Positions 46,496 to 59,145 of a stretch of DNA of 64,000 nt are shown piece after piece. The position numbers were made by a program, and so were the translations under genes. The notes under the pieces are model-generated. The model was not told the DNA's origin. It made no database searches and saw only the letters and a list, made by a program, of their open reading frames with translations. This DNA is from Macrostomum lignano (Eukaryota), in the NCBI GenBank assembly GCA_002269645.1, contig NIVC01001921.1, forward strand, positions 157,433 through 221,432. Direction: 5' to 3'. How positions within the stretch are numbered: position 1 is the first letter of the stretch; the number at the start of each line of letters is the position of its first letter.

Positions 46496-47217
46496 CCAGA
46501 TCCTCAGTTACTAGGCCAGCCTCACAGATTCCCAGTTGGTTAGCCAGCCTCCCAGATCCCCAGTTGCTTAGCCAGCTTCCCAGATCCCCAGTTGCTGCGC
46601 CAGCCTCCCAGATCCTCAGTTGCTGCGCCAGCCTCCCAGATCCCCAGTTGCTTAGCCAGCTTCCCAGATCCCCAGTTGCTGCGCCAGCCTCCCAGATCCT
46701 CAGTTGCTGCGCCAGCCTCCCAGATCCTCAGTTGCTGCGCCAGCCTCCCAGATCCCCAGTTGCTGTGCCAGCCTCCCAGATCCTCAGTTGCTGGGCCAGC
46801 CTCCCAGATCCTCAGTTGCTGGGCCAGCCTCCCAGATCCTCAGTTTCTGGGCCATGCCTCCCAGATCCTCAGTTGCTGGGCCAGCCTCCCAGATCCTCAG
46901 TTGCTGGGCCAGCCTCCCAGATCCTCAGTTGCTGGGCCAGCCTCCCAGATCCTCAGTTGCTGGGCCAGCCTCCCAGATCCTCAGCTGCTGAGCCGCCACT
47001 CGCTGCCCAGATCCTCAGCTGCTGAGCCGCCACTCGCTGCCCAGATCCTCAGCTGCGGAGCCGCCACTCGCTGCCCAGATCCTCAGCTGCTGAGCCGCCA
47101 CTCGCTGCCTAGATCCTCAGCTGCTGAGCCGCCACTCGCTGCCCAGATCCTCAGCTGCTGAGCCGCCACTCGCTGCCCAGATCCTCAGCTGCTGAGCCGC
47201 CACTCGCTGCCTAGATA
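46496..47217. repeat. 28-bp array CAGATCCTCAGTTGCTGGGCCAGCCTCC switching to a related 34-bp unit CAGATCCTCAGCTGCTGAGCCGCCACTCGCTGCC
   Basis: Starts ~85 bp after the MEPCE stop; the unit changes at ~46985. Confidence 0.96.
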
Positions 47218-47797
47218 CGAACATGGGTATTGTAAATAAGCTCCGTATTATCAGTGCTACTCAAGTGCAAGTAAATTTGCCCTTCATAGCTCCTTCCAAC
47301 GATACAAGTGATAATCTGTCAAAGTTCTGCTGTTAAACATGAAATATCAAGGCTTACTGTATACTCTGAGATAGGTGAAGTCTTCATTGAATTGCATATT
47401 TAACTCTTAGTTTATTATTTTATTGAGAAACTTTTAATATTGGCCTATTTTATTAGGAGTATCTCGCGACACTGGGGAGCCGCCATGCAGAGCGGACCGT
47501 CTGTGCCACGCCTTATAAACTGTCTGTTTTCCTGTCTGTTTATACACTTTGTTTATTTATATTTTGTTTTCACCCTGTCGCTAGGCAGCGCTAGTTAATG
47601 CACAGATACTGTCGTGGCAGTTTTTTATTCTGAAAACTTTATTTGTTTGCCTGTTTGCTTTCTCCATGTGCAAAGCCGCCTGTGGCAGCTAATATGATAT
47701 CGCGATCGGCTTCTGAGCCGTTTCGTACCTTTGTCGCCGTATTTTAACTTTGACTTGCCCCTCTTATCACGGTTCTCTGCGTCTCCGGACACCCGAT

Positions 47798-48421
47798 TCT
47801 CATCTGCCTTCTCTGCCTTCTCTGCCTTCTCATCTGCCTTCTCTGCCTTCTCATCTGCTTTCTCTGCCTTCTCATCTGCCTTCTCTGCCTTCTCTGCCTT
47901 CTCATCTGCCTACTCATCTGCCTTCTCATCTGCCTTCTCTGCCTTCTCATCTGCCTACTCTGACTTCTTCTCTGCCTTCTCTGCCTTCTCATCTGCCTTC
48001 TCTGCCTTCTCATCTGCTTTCTCTGCCTTCTCATCTGCCTTCTCTGCCTTCTCATCTGCCTTCTCTGCCTTCTCATCTGCCTTCTCTGCCTTCTCATCTG
48101 CCTTCTCTGCCTTCTCATCTGCCTTCTCTGCCTTCTCTGCCTTCTCATCTGCCTACTCTGACTTTTCATCTGCCTTCTCATCTGCCTTCTCTGCCTTCTC
48201 ATCTGCTTTCTCTGCCTTCTCATCTGCCTTCTCTGCCTTCTCATCTGCCTTCTCTGCCTTCTCATCTGCCTTCTCTGCCTTCTCATCTGCCTTCTCTGCC
48301 TTCTCTGCCTTCTCATCTGCCTTCTCTGCCTTCTCATCTGCCTTCTCTGCCTTCTCATCTGCCTTCTCTGCCTTCTTCTCTGCCTTCTCTGCCTTCTCAT
48401 CTGCCTTCTCTGCCTTCTCAT
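47798..48421. repeat. 9/12-bp module repeat TCTGCCTTC / TCATCTGCCTTC
   Basis: All modules are multiples of 3, so the reading frame is preserved across the array. Confidence 0.96.
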
Positions 48422-49237
48422 CACATTTTCTGCCGTCTCTCTTCCAACCCCCAGCTCCCCTCTTTCCCTGCCTTCCCTGCCCAATGCTGTTAATAAATTG
48501 AAATCCGACTCCTACACTCGCATCCCGCGCGCACTCCTGCATCCACTCACTGCGGTCAGTACTAATGTGTAATAATACATTAGCCATAAAATCTACTCTA
48601 TGCTACTGCTGCTAGCGACTCTGTGTGTACATTTCTGCGATCTTTTTCGCGCTAGGCTATTTCTAAACGTACTTTAATACACTAAAAAAAGATTTGCAAA
48701 AACTTGGAGTTATTATCATACGTAATGTCATAAACTATTAAATTAATTATGCTTGTAAGTCTCTTGTGTAGAATCTGCTTTTCTACGAGTTTAGTGTGTA
48801 TTTTGTAGAGTTTGTAAGCGGGACACTTGAGAAAAATTCACCTAGAGTGTATTAAGCGAGTGTGTGTTTTATATTCCTTACTAGTGGCATACTCGTACAT
48901 TATAATAATTATATTCACAATAAGCGGTAGCCTCTACTCTAAGTAGCATTATTTGGGCATATGCAAGATTAATTTAAAAGTATTGCTGGGAAAATTGTTG
49001 AAACGGTGGTGGAGCAGTTCACACGGTACGATTCATAGCGAACGGTTTTCTGTACATAAATGCTCAGCGAATGTCGCTTCATCTACTGTTCTTTTCAATT
49101 ATTCTTGTCTAAAAAACTAAATAGGGTGAGTGTTGGTGACAGCTCTTGCATAGGCTGCGGTGCGAATGGCAGGCCAGTTCTGCGAAAACATCACCTCTTG
49201 TAAAGGAATAAACCAATGGAATGCTCGAGTCATGCCT

Positions 49238-49908
49238 TGGGTCAGGGAATGGGATCTGGATTCCATTTGGGTCAGGGAATGGGATCTGGATTCGATTTGG
49301 GTCAGGGAATGGGATCTAGATTCCATTTGGGTCAGGGAATGGGGATCTAGATTCCATTTGGGTCAGGAAATGAGGATCTAGATTCCATTTGGGTCAGGGA
49401 ATGGGATCTGGACTCATTTGGGTCAGGGAATGGGGATCTGGACTCATTTGGTTCAGGGAATGGGGATCTGGACTCAATTGGGTCAGGGAATGGGGATCTG
49501 GACTCAATTGGTTCAGGGAATGGGGATCTGGACTCAATTGGGTCAGGGAATGGGGGCCTGGACTCAATTGGTTCAGGGAATGGGGATCTGGACTCAATTG
49601 GGTCAGGGAATGGGGATCTGAACTCAATTGGGTCAGGGAATGGGGATCTGGACTCAATTGGGTCAGGGAATGGGGATCTGGACTCATTTGGGTCAGGGAA
49701 TGGGGATCTGGACTGAATTGGGTCAGGGAATGGGGGCCTGGACTCAATTGGTTCAGGGAATGGGGATCTGGACTCATTTGGGTCAGGGAATGGGGATCTG
49801 GACTCAATTGGGTCAGGGAATAGGGATCTGGACTCCATTGGGTTGGGGAATGGGGATCTGGACTCAATTGGGTCAGGGAATGGGGATCTGGACTCATTTG
49901 GGTCAGGG
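49238..49908. repeat. 31-bp minisatellite TGGGTCAGGGAATGGGGATCTGGACTCAATT
   Basis: About 21 copies; the 5' units are 30-bp variants. Confidence 0.96.
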
Positions 49909-50389
49909 CAAGCAAACCGTTATTCCGAGCCGCTGCCAGTTGCTAAGACAAATGTCCGTGATGCAGATTAAAAGTGCAAAGTGCAGGTCATTGTGCCAGG
50001 CTAAATCGAGCGTCACCTTTCCGGATGCAGCGAATAGCTAATGAGGTTATCGAACAATTGCAACAACTATGCACTATAGAAAATCTATAATGCTGCAGAC
50101 ATTAGCGCAATCTTCGGCGAGCCCACTGCCGTACAGCGGGTGGCAATTAGGTTATCCTGAGCGGTGAACCCTGGCCAGCATAGTGGAGCCCCGCGTCAAC
50201 TCATTTTCTGTCGCCTGAAATTGCTTTCTCAAATCAGGTTTGCCGTCTCTAAGTCCCCCTGCCGGACTGCATGGGCGCGCCCTCCGATTCCACTTCGCCG
50301 AGCGGAATGCGCTAATCTCCTCTAATCCCTTCTGAAAATCACAACTTAAATAGCTTGAGAATGAGCATGAGAGATCACTGAGAATCCGT

Positions 50390-50805
50390 TAAAACTGCCA
50401 GAGAATCTCCTAAAACTACCTGAGAATCTCCTAAAACTACCTGAGTCCCCTAAAACTGTCTGAGAATCTCCCTCTCTACAACTACTTGAGAATCTCCCCT
50501 AAAACTGTCTGAGAATCTCCCCTAAGACCCACTGAGTAAATTCTTTTAAAACTACCCTAGTATCTCCCCTAAAACTACCTGAGAATCTCCTAAAACTACC
50601 TGAGTCCCCTAAAACTACTTGAGAATCTCCCCTAAAACTGTCTGAGAATCTCCCCTAATACTCTCAGAGAATCTCCCCTAAGACCCACTGAGTAAATTCT
50701 TTTAAAACTACCCTAGTATCTCCCCTAAAACTACCTGAGAACCTGCCTCTAGAACTACCTTAGAATCTCCCTTAAAATACTAGAGAATCTCCTCTAAAAC
50801 TATTC
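50390..50805. repeat. Degenerate 19-25-bp repeat CTAAAACTACCTGAGAATCTCC(C)
   Basis: Includes a longer duplicated block (CTAAGACCCACTGAGTAAATTCTTTTAAAACTACCCTAGTATC at ~50522 and ~50678). Confidence 0.88.
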
Positions 50806-50919
50806 GAGATTATTATTTTGACCACTCCGATGAAGAAGAATTTCTAGGAACTGACAGCAACTTTATATCACTCGAAGGGTTTGTGAGGATCTCCAATACA
50901 GCCTCGATAGGTAGGGCTC

Positions 50920-51184
50920 TCAGCACAGGTAGGGCGAACTGCAGTAGACATTGTCCCCGGCTAGCCTTCTAGAAGCTGCGGCTGCCGCGCCTCGAGAATC
51001 GTCCAACCGTCTACTGTCGCTCGTGCCGCTGTCCGGATCGTCAACGTCTTGGAATGCCGGAGCGGCGGCGGCTCCGGCTGCTGACTGGGGTGGACACCGG
51101 CGCATCAGCGGCCGCTCCTGCTGAGATGTCGGCCGCACCAGCGGGAGAGACAGCTGGCCTGCTCGGGCTGGGGTGGGGCGGCGG
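50920..51184 (-). CDS. Probable last (cytoplasmic) exon of the protocadherin
   Basis: Acceptor TTCATCCCAG. RRPTPARAGQLSLPLVRP..DDPDSGTSDSRRLDDS..GDNVYCSSPYLC*. Needs a phase-2 upstream exon, so at least one intervening exon is unlocated. Confidence 0.5.
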
Positions 51185-51188
51185 CTGG

Positions 51189-51886
51189 GATGAAGGGTCG
51201 CGGTCATGGCTGATGAAGGGTCGGTGATGGCTGATGAAGGGTCGGTCATGGCTGATGAAGGGTCAGTGATGGATGATGAAGGGTCGGTGATGGCTGATGA
51301 AGGGTCGGTCATGGCTGATGAAGGGTCAGTGATGGATGATGAAGGGTCGGTCATGGCTGATGAAGGGTCGGTCATGGCTGATGAAGGGTCGGTGATGGAT
51401 GATGAAGGGTCGGTGATGGCTGATGAAGGGTCGGTGATGGCTGATGAAGGGTCGGTGATGGCTGATGAAGGGTCGGTCATGTCTGATGAAGGGTCGGTCA
51501 TGGCTGATGAAGGGTCGGTCATGGCTGATGAAGGGTCAGTGATGGATGATGAAGGGTCGGTCATGGCTGATGAAGGGTCGGTCATGGCTGATGAAGGGTC
51601 AGTGATGGATGATGAAGGGTCGGTCATGGCTGATGAAGGGTCGGTCATGGCTGATGAAGGGTCAGTGATGGATGATGAAGGGTCGGTCATGGCTGATGAA
51701 GGGTCGGTCATGGCTGATGAAGGGTCGGTGATGGATGATGAAGGGTCGGTCATGTCTGATGAAGGGTCGGTCATGGCTGATGAAGGGTCGGTGATGGCTG
51801 ATGAAGGGTCGGTGATGGCTGATGAAGGGTCGGTGATGGCTGATGAAGGGTCGGTCATGGCTGATGAAGGGTCGGTGATGGCTGAG
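51189..51886. repeat. 21-bp minisatellite ATGGCTGATGAAGGGTCGGT(C/G)
   Basis: About 33 copies, no indels; abuts the minus-strand acceptor at 51185. Confidence 0.97.
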
Positions 51887-52436
51887 TAAGCTATTGATAG
51901 GGTACATGTACATGTAGAGTTACAAGCAGTAATCCATCAGTGGTAAGATAGCAACGGTGGTTAGAAACCCCATATTAGTTATTGTCAAAAAGCACACACT
52001 GACAACAAAACAAGGAAGTCGCTCTGCATGCGAACGGCATTGTCTGGGATACCCCGGCGTTCGCGTACTGTACACTGGCGTGTACACTGATACGGTTTGC
52101 CTGCACCGTGAAAATGCAACAGCAGGAACAGTTTTCACTGCTGGGAGTGGGCCAGGCCGAACCACTGTGACAGCCGGACAGCTGCCGCCTATCTGTCAGA
52201 GCTTTGCTGGGGCTGGGGCAATTTTTAACTTGGGGTCAGAATTGATAAGCCATGCGGTTATCCGGCACTGCGCTGATGTGCTTGCAGATTTTGTTTGCGA
52301 ATATTGCATCTCGAATTTCTGCGTGCCGAATCGCGTCCGGAATCTCAGCCAGAATTTTGTGAATAATGCGATTGGATCTTTCAAATTTTATTCTTTAGTT
52401 GGCTTAGCCATTGCTGTGGTGCGGTTGGGATCACTT

Positions 52437-53235
52437 AGGTCTCTCATGGTTCAGTCAGGGTCTCTCATGGCTCAGTCAGGGTCTCTCATGGCTCAGTCAG
52501 GTCTCTCATGGCTCAGTCAGGGTCTCTCATGGCTCAGTCAGGTCTCTCATGGCTCAGTCAGGGTCTCTCATGGCTCAGTCAGGTCTCTCATGGCTCAGTC
52601 AGGTCTCTCATGGCTCAGTCAGGTCTCTCATGGCTCAGTCAGGTCTCTCATGGCTCAGTCAGGGTCTCTCATGGCTCAGTCAGGTCTCTCATGGTTCAGT
52701 CAGGTCTCTCGGGTTCAGTCAAGTCTCTCATGGCTCAGTCAGGGTCTCTCATGGCTCAGTAAGGTCTCTCATGGTTCAGTCAGGGTCTCTCATGGCTCAG
52801 TCAGGTCTTTCATGACTCAGTAAGGGTCTCTCAAGGCTCAGTCAGGTCTCTCATGGCTCAGTCAGGTCTCTCATGGTTCAGTCAGGGTCTTTCATGGCTC
52901 AGTCAGGTCTCTCATGGTTCAGTCAGGGTCTCTCATGGTTCAGTCAGGTCTCTCATGGCTCAGTCAGGTCTCTCATGGTTCAGTCAGGGTCTCTCACGGC
53001 TCAGTCAGGTCTCTCATGACTCAGTAAGGGTCTCTCAAGGCTCAGTCAGGTCTCTCATGGCTCAGTCAGGTCTCTCATGACTCAGTAAGGGTCTCTCAAG
53101 GCTCAGTCAGGTCTCTCATGGCTCAGTCAGGTCTCTCATGGCTCAGTCAGGTCTCCCATGGTTCAGTCAGGTCTCTCGGGGTTCAGTCAGGGTCCCTTAT
53201 GACTCACTAAGTAGGTCTCTGATGACTCACTAAGG
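52437..53235. repeat. 20/21-bp minisatellite GGTCTCTCATGGCTCAGTCA(G)
   Basis: About 38 copies. Confidence 0.96.
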
Positions 53236-53949
53236 TTCACTCAGGTCTTCTAATAAACTAATTAACTAAATAACTTTTGAATTTTTTCAATCCTCGCGCA
53301 TCATTGTATTTTACGAGTGCGCACTGCAATTTGAAAAGTCAAGCGAGAGAAACGAACCCTGGTCAGAAATAGCAGAATTGTTTCCGCAGGAGGATTAGGC
53401 GGGCTAATTGATACCCGCGATGCTGATGTATCTTTATGGCCTCCACCACCGAGTGTTAGAGATGTGGGAGGAGATCGCAGAAATCTGGCGACCTTCCTCC
53501 CGTGTTTCTTCAGCCGGGGGCCAGCAAAACTGCATTGCTGGCAGTTCATAAAATTCCTGCGCTGCCGGTGGCTCAGCTCCGCTGGTTTCCCGTCTGGCTT
53601 TTTCTTTCTTTCGAATTTCTTTGGCCCACCGGGGCATTGCTGGGGATGTTGAGTGGCTCGCAGGCTGGAGTCCCGTCGGGGCTGGCCATTAGACTGCGTT
53701 AAAAATTTAACGGATTAATGGATTGCGAATTTAGGGGGATCGGAGTGGACCCGCAGCGGCTTCTGCTGCGCGAGGCTCTGCCGCATGTGCACACGCGTGT
53801 GATGCTGTGTAGCGATAGCCTCATCTCCGGGGTGATGCAGAATCCTTGTGAAGCATGTGGAACAAACATTACCTTCTGTGTGATACAACCCCACCTGGGT
53901 GAAACAATCATACTTACAGGGAGACAGCTAGACCGGCCCTTCTCAATCT

Positions 53950-54250
53950 CGTTTGACACAATCTCACACTCCGAGTGACACAATCTCACCTTCCGAGTGA
54001 CACAATCTCAACTTCCGAGTGACACAATCTCAACTTCTGAGTGACACAATCTCAACTTCCGAGTGACACAATCTCAACTTCTGAGTGACACAATCTCAAC
54101 TTCCGAGTGACACAATCTCAACTTCTGAGTGACACAATCTCAACTTCCGAGTGACACAATCTCAACTTCCGAGTGACACAATCTCACACTCCGAGTGACA
54201 CGATCTCACACTCCGGGTGACACGATCTCACACTTCCGAGTGACACAAGA
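53950..54250. repeat. 22-bp minisatellite GAGTGACACAATCTCAACTTCC
   Basis: About 13 copies, alternating TTCC and TTCT variants. Confidence 0.95.
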
Positions 54251-54919
54251 CACACAATTCCTACAGTTCTTCCCATTGCAGCTCCCTTATTGCTCATACT
54301 TGGGCCACTATGCCTGCTGATACAAAAAGTAAAGTTTATGTTGGTATCGTTTGTAATAATCTGTACTGAATTTTCGACTCTTAATGATTTCTCCTGGTTA
54401 TAACCCCAGCATTATAGCTCGTGATCTTGTTGATATTGCCAAACATTCAGTGGTTACTGCAGCTAGCGCCGCACTCAAGTAATTTCTCTCCTATCCGCCC
54501 ACAACCGTTGCGAATTCCGCAGCTCCCCCTGGCGCACTGATTGGGAATCGCTGCAGATTGCCCCCTCCCCGCCCCAGGCTACATGGCAGCTGTTGAATGC
54601 AGCCTGGGCAGGTCAGTCAGTGGGGACAGGCGACACACAAAAGCTGAGGGAAGACGCCGCGCACCACCTTTGGACTAATGAGCTCCCTCGCCTGCCCGGC
54701 TGTTGGGTAGTTGGGCTGTGAGACTGAGAGCTCAAGGGGAAGTGCAAGCGGCTATAGCTGTTAAGACTCGAGTCTGCTCCTGCTGCGCATTGGAAAGATG
54801 TTTGCAGGGATTTTACTTTGGGGAATAGAGGTTTCCAGTACTTAGAAATTGCTGATGGGCAGTGAATGGAGATTGATGGAGAATAATGGGAGAGTAGCCT
54901 GTGAATTCGTGGTGAAAGA

Positions 54920-55380
54920 ATGGTGAATGGGTAGTGAAGGGATGGTGAATGGACAGTGAAGGGACGGTGAATGGATAGTGAAGGGATGGTGAATGGACAG
55001 TGAAGGGATCGTGAATGGACAGTGAAGGGATGGTGAATGGATAGTGAAGGAATGGTGAATGGATAGTGAAGGGATGGTGAATGGATAGTGAAGGGATGGT
55101 GAATGGATAGTGAAGGGATGGTGAATGGGCAGTGAAGGGATAGTGAATGGATCGTGAAGGGACGGTGAATGAATTGTGAAGGGATGGTTAATGGATGATG
55201 GTGAATGGCAGTGAAGGGATTATGAATGACAGTGCAAGGATGGTGAATGGATAGTGAAGGGATGGTGAATGGACATTGAAGGGATGGTGAATGGATAGTG
55301 CAGGGACGGTGAATATATAATGAAGGGACGGTGAATGTATAGTGAAGGGATGTGTGAATGGCAGTGAATGGATAGTGAGT
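54920..55380. repeat. 22-bp minisatellite GTGAAGGGATGGTGAATGGATA
   Basis: About 20 degenerate copies. Confidence 0.93.
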
Positions 55381-56323
55381 TGATAGAAAAAATATGACAC
55401 ATTAAGTGTGAACACACAATGCGCTAACAGGGAACTCAGTGAGGCGGTATCAACTGAAGGTTGATTGGCCCATAAATCCAGAAACCTGGAGGCCGGTGGT
55501 TAACCAGGCGCACAGACCTCAGGCCTCAATTCATTGCAGCCTCAGGCTTGTAGGCCTCACAAAGCCAGAGATAATTGGCAGTGGAGGGAGGCTGAAAATA
55601 CCTGCCTATCCTTGGCTGCTCCGACCCCCCCCCCCCAGAGATTCGCGGAAAAGATTCAGCCGAAACAAATGAGTGCGAGGTGCAAACTTCGGGCGCAGGA
55701 AACAAATGGTTCAATAAAGATGAAGCAGCACTGATACCCGGCCTGTCCCCGCGCCCAGTCTCCCAGATGCTGCGAAGATTAACTGTGTAGAGGCCGGCAC
55801 TGCTGCGTGCGGCCCCCCAGCCTCCCCGGTCCTCTACGGGTTTTTAAATCCCCAAAATGGGACGCGCGATGCCTCCTGCTTGACACTGATTTATGAAAAG
55901 TAGCCGCCGGAGTCGGTGGTTGAAAAGTAACACTTCCGTGTAGGCTGTGGAAGCTGTGCGAAAGCCCGGGGATCCCCGGGATCTGAGCTTTCAATCAAGT
56001 TCGGTTCGTTCAGCCAATCCTTTGTTGTCTCTCCTCTCTTTCGCTGTTTTGCAAACAAACTGCACGCAGGCCAACTCTGCTGCCCCTTCAGGACTTTTGC
56101 ACTTTCTGGCCCTGCCTTCCCGCAGATTTCACCGCTTGATTTCTGAAGTTTCCTACAGTTTTCTGCAATCTGTTAAAAGATCATCGGGTTCTGTGTACTT
56201 CTAATGATTGAACAGGGGTTCCCGGATGCTTTAGGTTTAAGTGCTCCCGGAACAGAGTGTGGCAATGTTTATTGCCCTCGAGATCTCTTTGCTGTGGTCT
56301 CTCAAGTCTCATGGATCTCTCTC

Positions 56324-57897
56324 TGTGATCTCCCTGTTGTCACTGATCTCCCTGTTGTCACTGATCTCCCTGTTGTCACTGATCTCCCTGTTGTCACTGA
56401 TCTCCCTGTTGTCACTGATCTCCCTGTTGTCACTGATCTCCCTGTTGTCACTGATCTCCCTGTTGTCACTGATCTCCCTGTTGTCACTGATCTCCCTGTT
56501 GTCTGTGTGATCTCCCTGTTGTCACTGTGATCTTCCTGTTGTCTGTGTGATCTTCCTGTTGTCACTGTGATCTCCCTGTTGTCACTGATCTCCCTGTTGT
56601 CACTGATCTCCCTGTTGTCACTGTGATCTCCCTGTTGTCACTGATCTCCCTGTTGTCACTGATCTCCCTGTTGTCACTGATCTCCCTGTTGTCTGTGTGA
56701 TCTTCCTGTTGTCACTGTGATCTCCCTGTTGTCACTGATCTCCCTGTTGTCACTGATCTCCCTGTTGTCACTGATCTCCCTGTTGTCTGTGTGATCTTCC
56801 TGTTGTCACTGTGATCTTCCTGTTGTCTGTGTGATCTTCCTGTTGTCACTGTGATCTCCCTGTTGTCACTGATCTCCCTGTTGTCACTGATCTCCCTGTT
56901 GTCTCTGTGATCTTCCTGTTGTCTGTGTGATCTCCCTGTTGTCACTAATCTCCCTGTTGTCTGTGTGATCTTCCTGTTGTCACTGATCTCCCTGTTGTCA
57001 CTGATCTCCCTGTTGTCACTGATCTCCCTGTTGTCACTGTGATCTCCCTGTTGTCACTGATCTCCCTGTTGTCACTGATCTCCCTGTTGTCTCCGTGATC
57101 TCCCTGTTGTCACTGTGATCTCCCTGTTGTCACTGATCTCCCTGTTGTCTGTGTGATCTTCCTGTTGTCACTGATCTCCCTGTTGTCTGTGTGATCTTCC
57201 TGTTGTCACTGTGATCTCCCGTTGTCACTGATCTCCCTGTTGTCTGTGTGATCTTCCTGTTGTCACTGATCTCCCTGTTGTCTGTGTGATCTTCCTGTTG
57301 TCACTGATCTCCCTGTTGTCACTGATCTCCCTGTTGTCTGTGTGATCTCCCTGTTGTCACTGATCTCCCTGTTGTCTGTGTGATCTTCCTGTTGTCACTG
57401 ATCTCCCTGTTGTCACTGATCTCCCTGTTGTCACTGATCTCCCTGTTGTCACTGATCTCCCTGTTGTCACTGATCTCCCTGTTGTCACTGATCTCCTGTT
57501 GTCACTGATCTCCCTGTTGTCACTGATCTCCCTGTTGTCACTGATCTCCCTGTTGTCACTGATCTCCCTGTTGTCACTGATCTCCCTGTTGTCACTGATC
57601 TCCCTGTTGTCTGTGTGATCTTCCTGTTGTCACTGATCTCCCTGTTGTCACTGATCTCCCTGTTGTCACTGATCTCCCTGTTGTCACTGATCTTCCTGTT
57701 GTCACTGATCTCCCTGTTGTCTGTGTGATCTCCCTGTTGTCTGTGTGATCTCCCTGTTGTCTGTGTGATCTCCCTGTTGTCACTGATCTTCCTGTTGTCA
57801 CTGTGATCTCCCTGTTGTCTCCGTGATCTCCCTGTTGTCACTGTGATCTCCCTGTTGTCACTGTGATCTCCCTGTTGTCACTGTGATCTCCCTGTTC
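56324..57897. repeat. 18/20-bp minisatellite GATCTCCCTGTTGTCACT (variants CTGTGT, CTTCC)
   Basis: About 83 copies; ends ~35 nt from the protocadherin donor at 57934. Confidence 0.97.
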
Positions 57898-57934
57898 TAC
57901 TCGCACTCCTGCACCGCATCCGCACTCGAACTCA

Positions 57935-58541
57935 CCGCGCTTTGCCCTACCGCCGCCGCAGGCTGCACCGCCCATCATCGCCGCATCATCGCCAATGGAC
58001 GCCATCGCCGAATGCCGACCAGACGCCCTCAACCGGCGCCGCCGCCGACGCACTAGCAGGTAGGCGAGCGCCGCCGCAGTCAGCAGCATCAGCGAGGCTG
58101 TCAGTCCGGCCAGGAGGCCAGCACAGCGCTGCCAGCGCTCCCGCCAGTGCCGTCGTTGAAGCCGAAGCCGCCTCCGCCAGCGGCCGACTGCAGCGGCGGC
58201 GCCAGGATCGGCGGCAAACCGCCGACAGCCGCGGACTTTGGCGCGCTCGTCAGCACCAGTAGGCCGATCTGGACGGTGGCGTTGAAGCGCTCAGGCAGGC
58301 CGCAGTCGAAGGCGGCAAGTCGCAGTCGGTGCCAGCCGAGGTCCGCGGGCATCTCAGCCTTCCTGGCCAGTCTCAGGCGGCCCGAATGCCGCTCTAGTTC
58401 GAACAGCGGCTTTTTCATGGACGGTGATTCCTTGCTTCTTGTAGCAGAAGATGCTGTAGAGTCTAGCGGTATGTTCACCTGATTGAGCAGTTTGTACTCA
58501 ACTCTGCCATTCTCCCCCTCATCCGGGTCCTGCGCAGCAGC
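57935..58541 (-). CDS. Protocadherin exon 3 (end of EC7, transmembrane helix, start of cytoplasmic tail), with one frameshift
   Basis: AAAQDPDEGENGRVEYKL..LFELERHSGRL..AFDCGLPERFNATV. After a -1 shift near 58115 it reads GLLAGLTASLMLLTAAALAYLLVRRRRRR (TM helix plus basic stop-transfer). Acceptor TTGTCAG and donor GTGAGT. Confidence 0.85.
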
Positions 58542-58624
58542 CTGACAATAAAAAATGTTAAGGAAAAGTATTGTTGGTTTGTTCATATTCTGGCGTACGA
58601 AATTCAAACTGAAAAAATAAAAAT

Positions 58625-58890
58625 AGGGGTGGGCGAGGGTCAACAAAACATGCCAGGCTGGGCCTATGCCAACCCCCTGGCAGTAAGGGGTTAGGAAAAC
58701 TGGGGGGTGGGGCGATGGTCAACCAACCACTCCAGGCTAGACCTACGCCAACCCCCCCCCCGGCAGTAGGGGGTAAGGAAAACTGGGGGGTGGGGCGATG
58801 GTCAACCAACCACACCAGGCTCGGCCTACGCCAACCACCCGGCAGTAGGGGGTAAGGAAAACTGGGGGGTAGGGCGATGGTCAACCAAAC
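58625..58890. repeat. ~80-bp tandem repeat x3.3 in a protocadherin intron
   Basis: GGCAGTAGGGGGTAAGGAAAACTGGGGGGTGGGGCGATGGTCAACC.. recurs at ~58679, 58762 and 58841. Confidence 0.9.
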
Positions 58891-59145
58891 ACGCAAAGTG
58901 CACTTTTAGCAATGTACAATAGGGTGGAGACGATAAAGAGTGCATTAGATAAAAGAAAACTGGGGGTTCGGGAATCAGCGCGAAAAGTAGGGGTGTAGGG
59001 CTGCTCCAATCTTTAAACAGATTAAAAATTGCAGTAGAAATTAATTGCCTTCGAAGTAGCCAGATATGCAGGATAATTTGCAGATAAGGCTTAATTTAGA
59101 TCAGCCTCCGGTACTCAGAGGTGCATGGTACTCTATGTAACTCAC

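Noticed and set aside
51206-51889. (MADEGSV)n ORF
   Set aside because: 21-bp intronic minisatellite, antisense to the protocadherin.
53380-53980. Protein-like + strand segments (LYGLHHRVLEMWEEIAEIWRP; DPQRLLLREALPHVHTRVML) nested in the protocadherin intron
   Set aside because: I could not build a phase-consistent exon chain; the segments are flanked by stops and match no recognisable domain.
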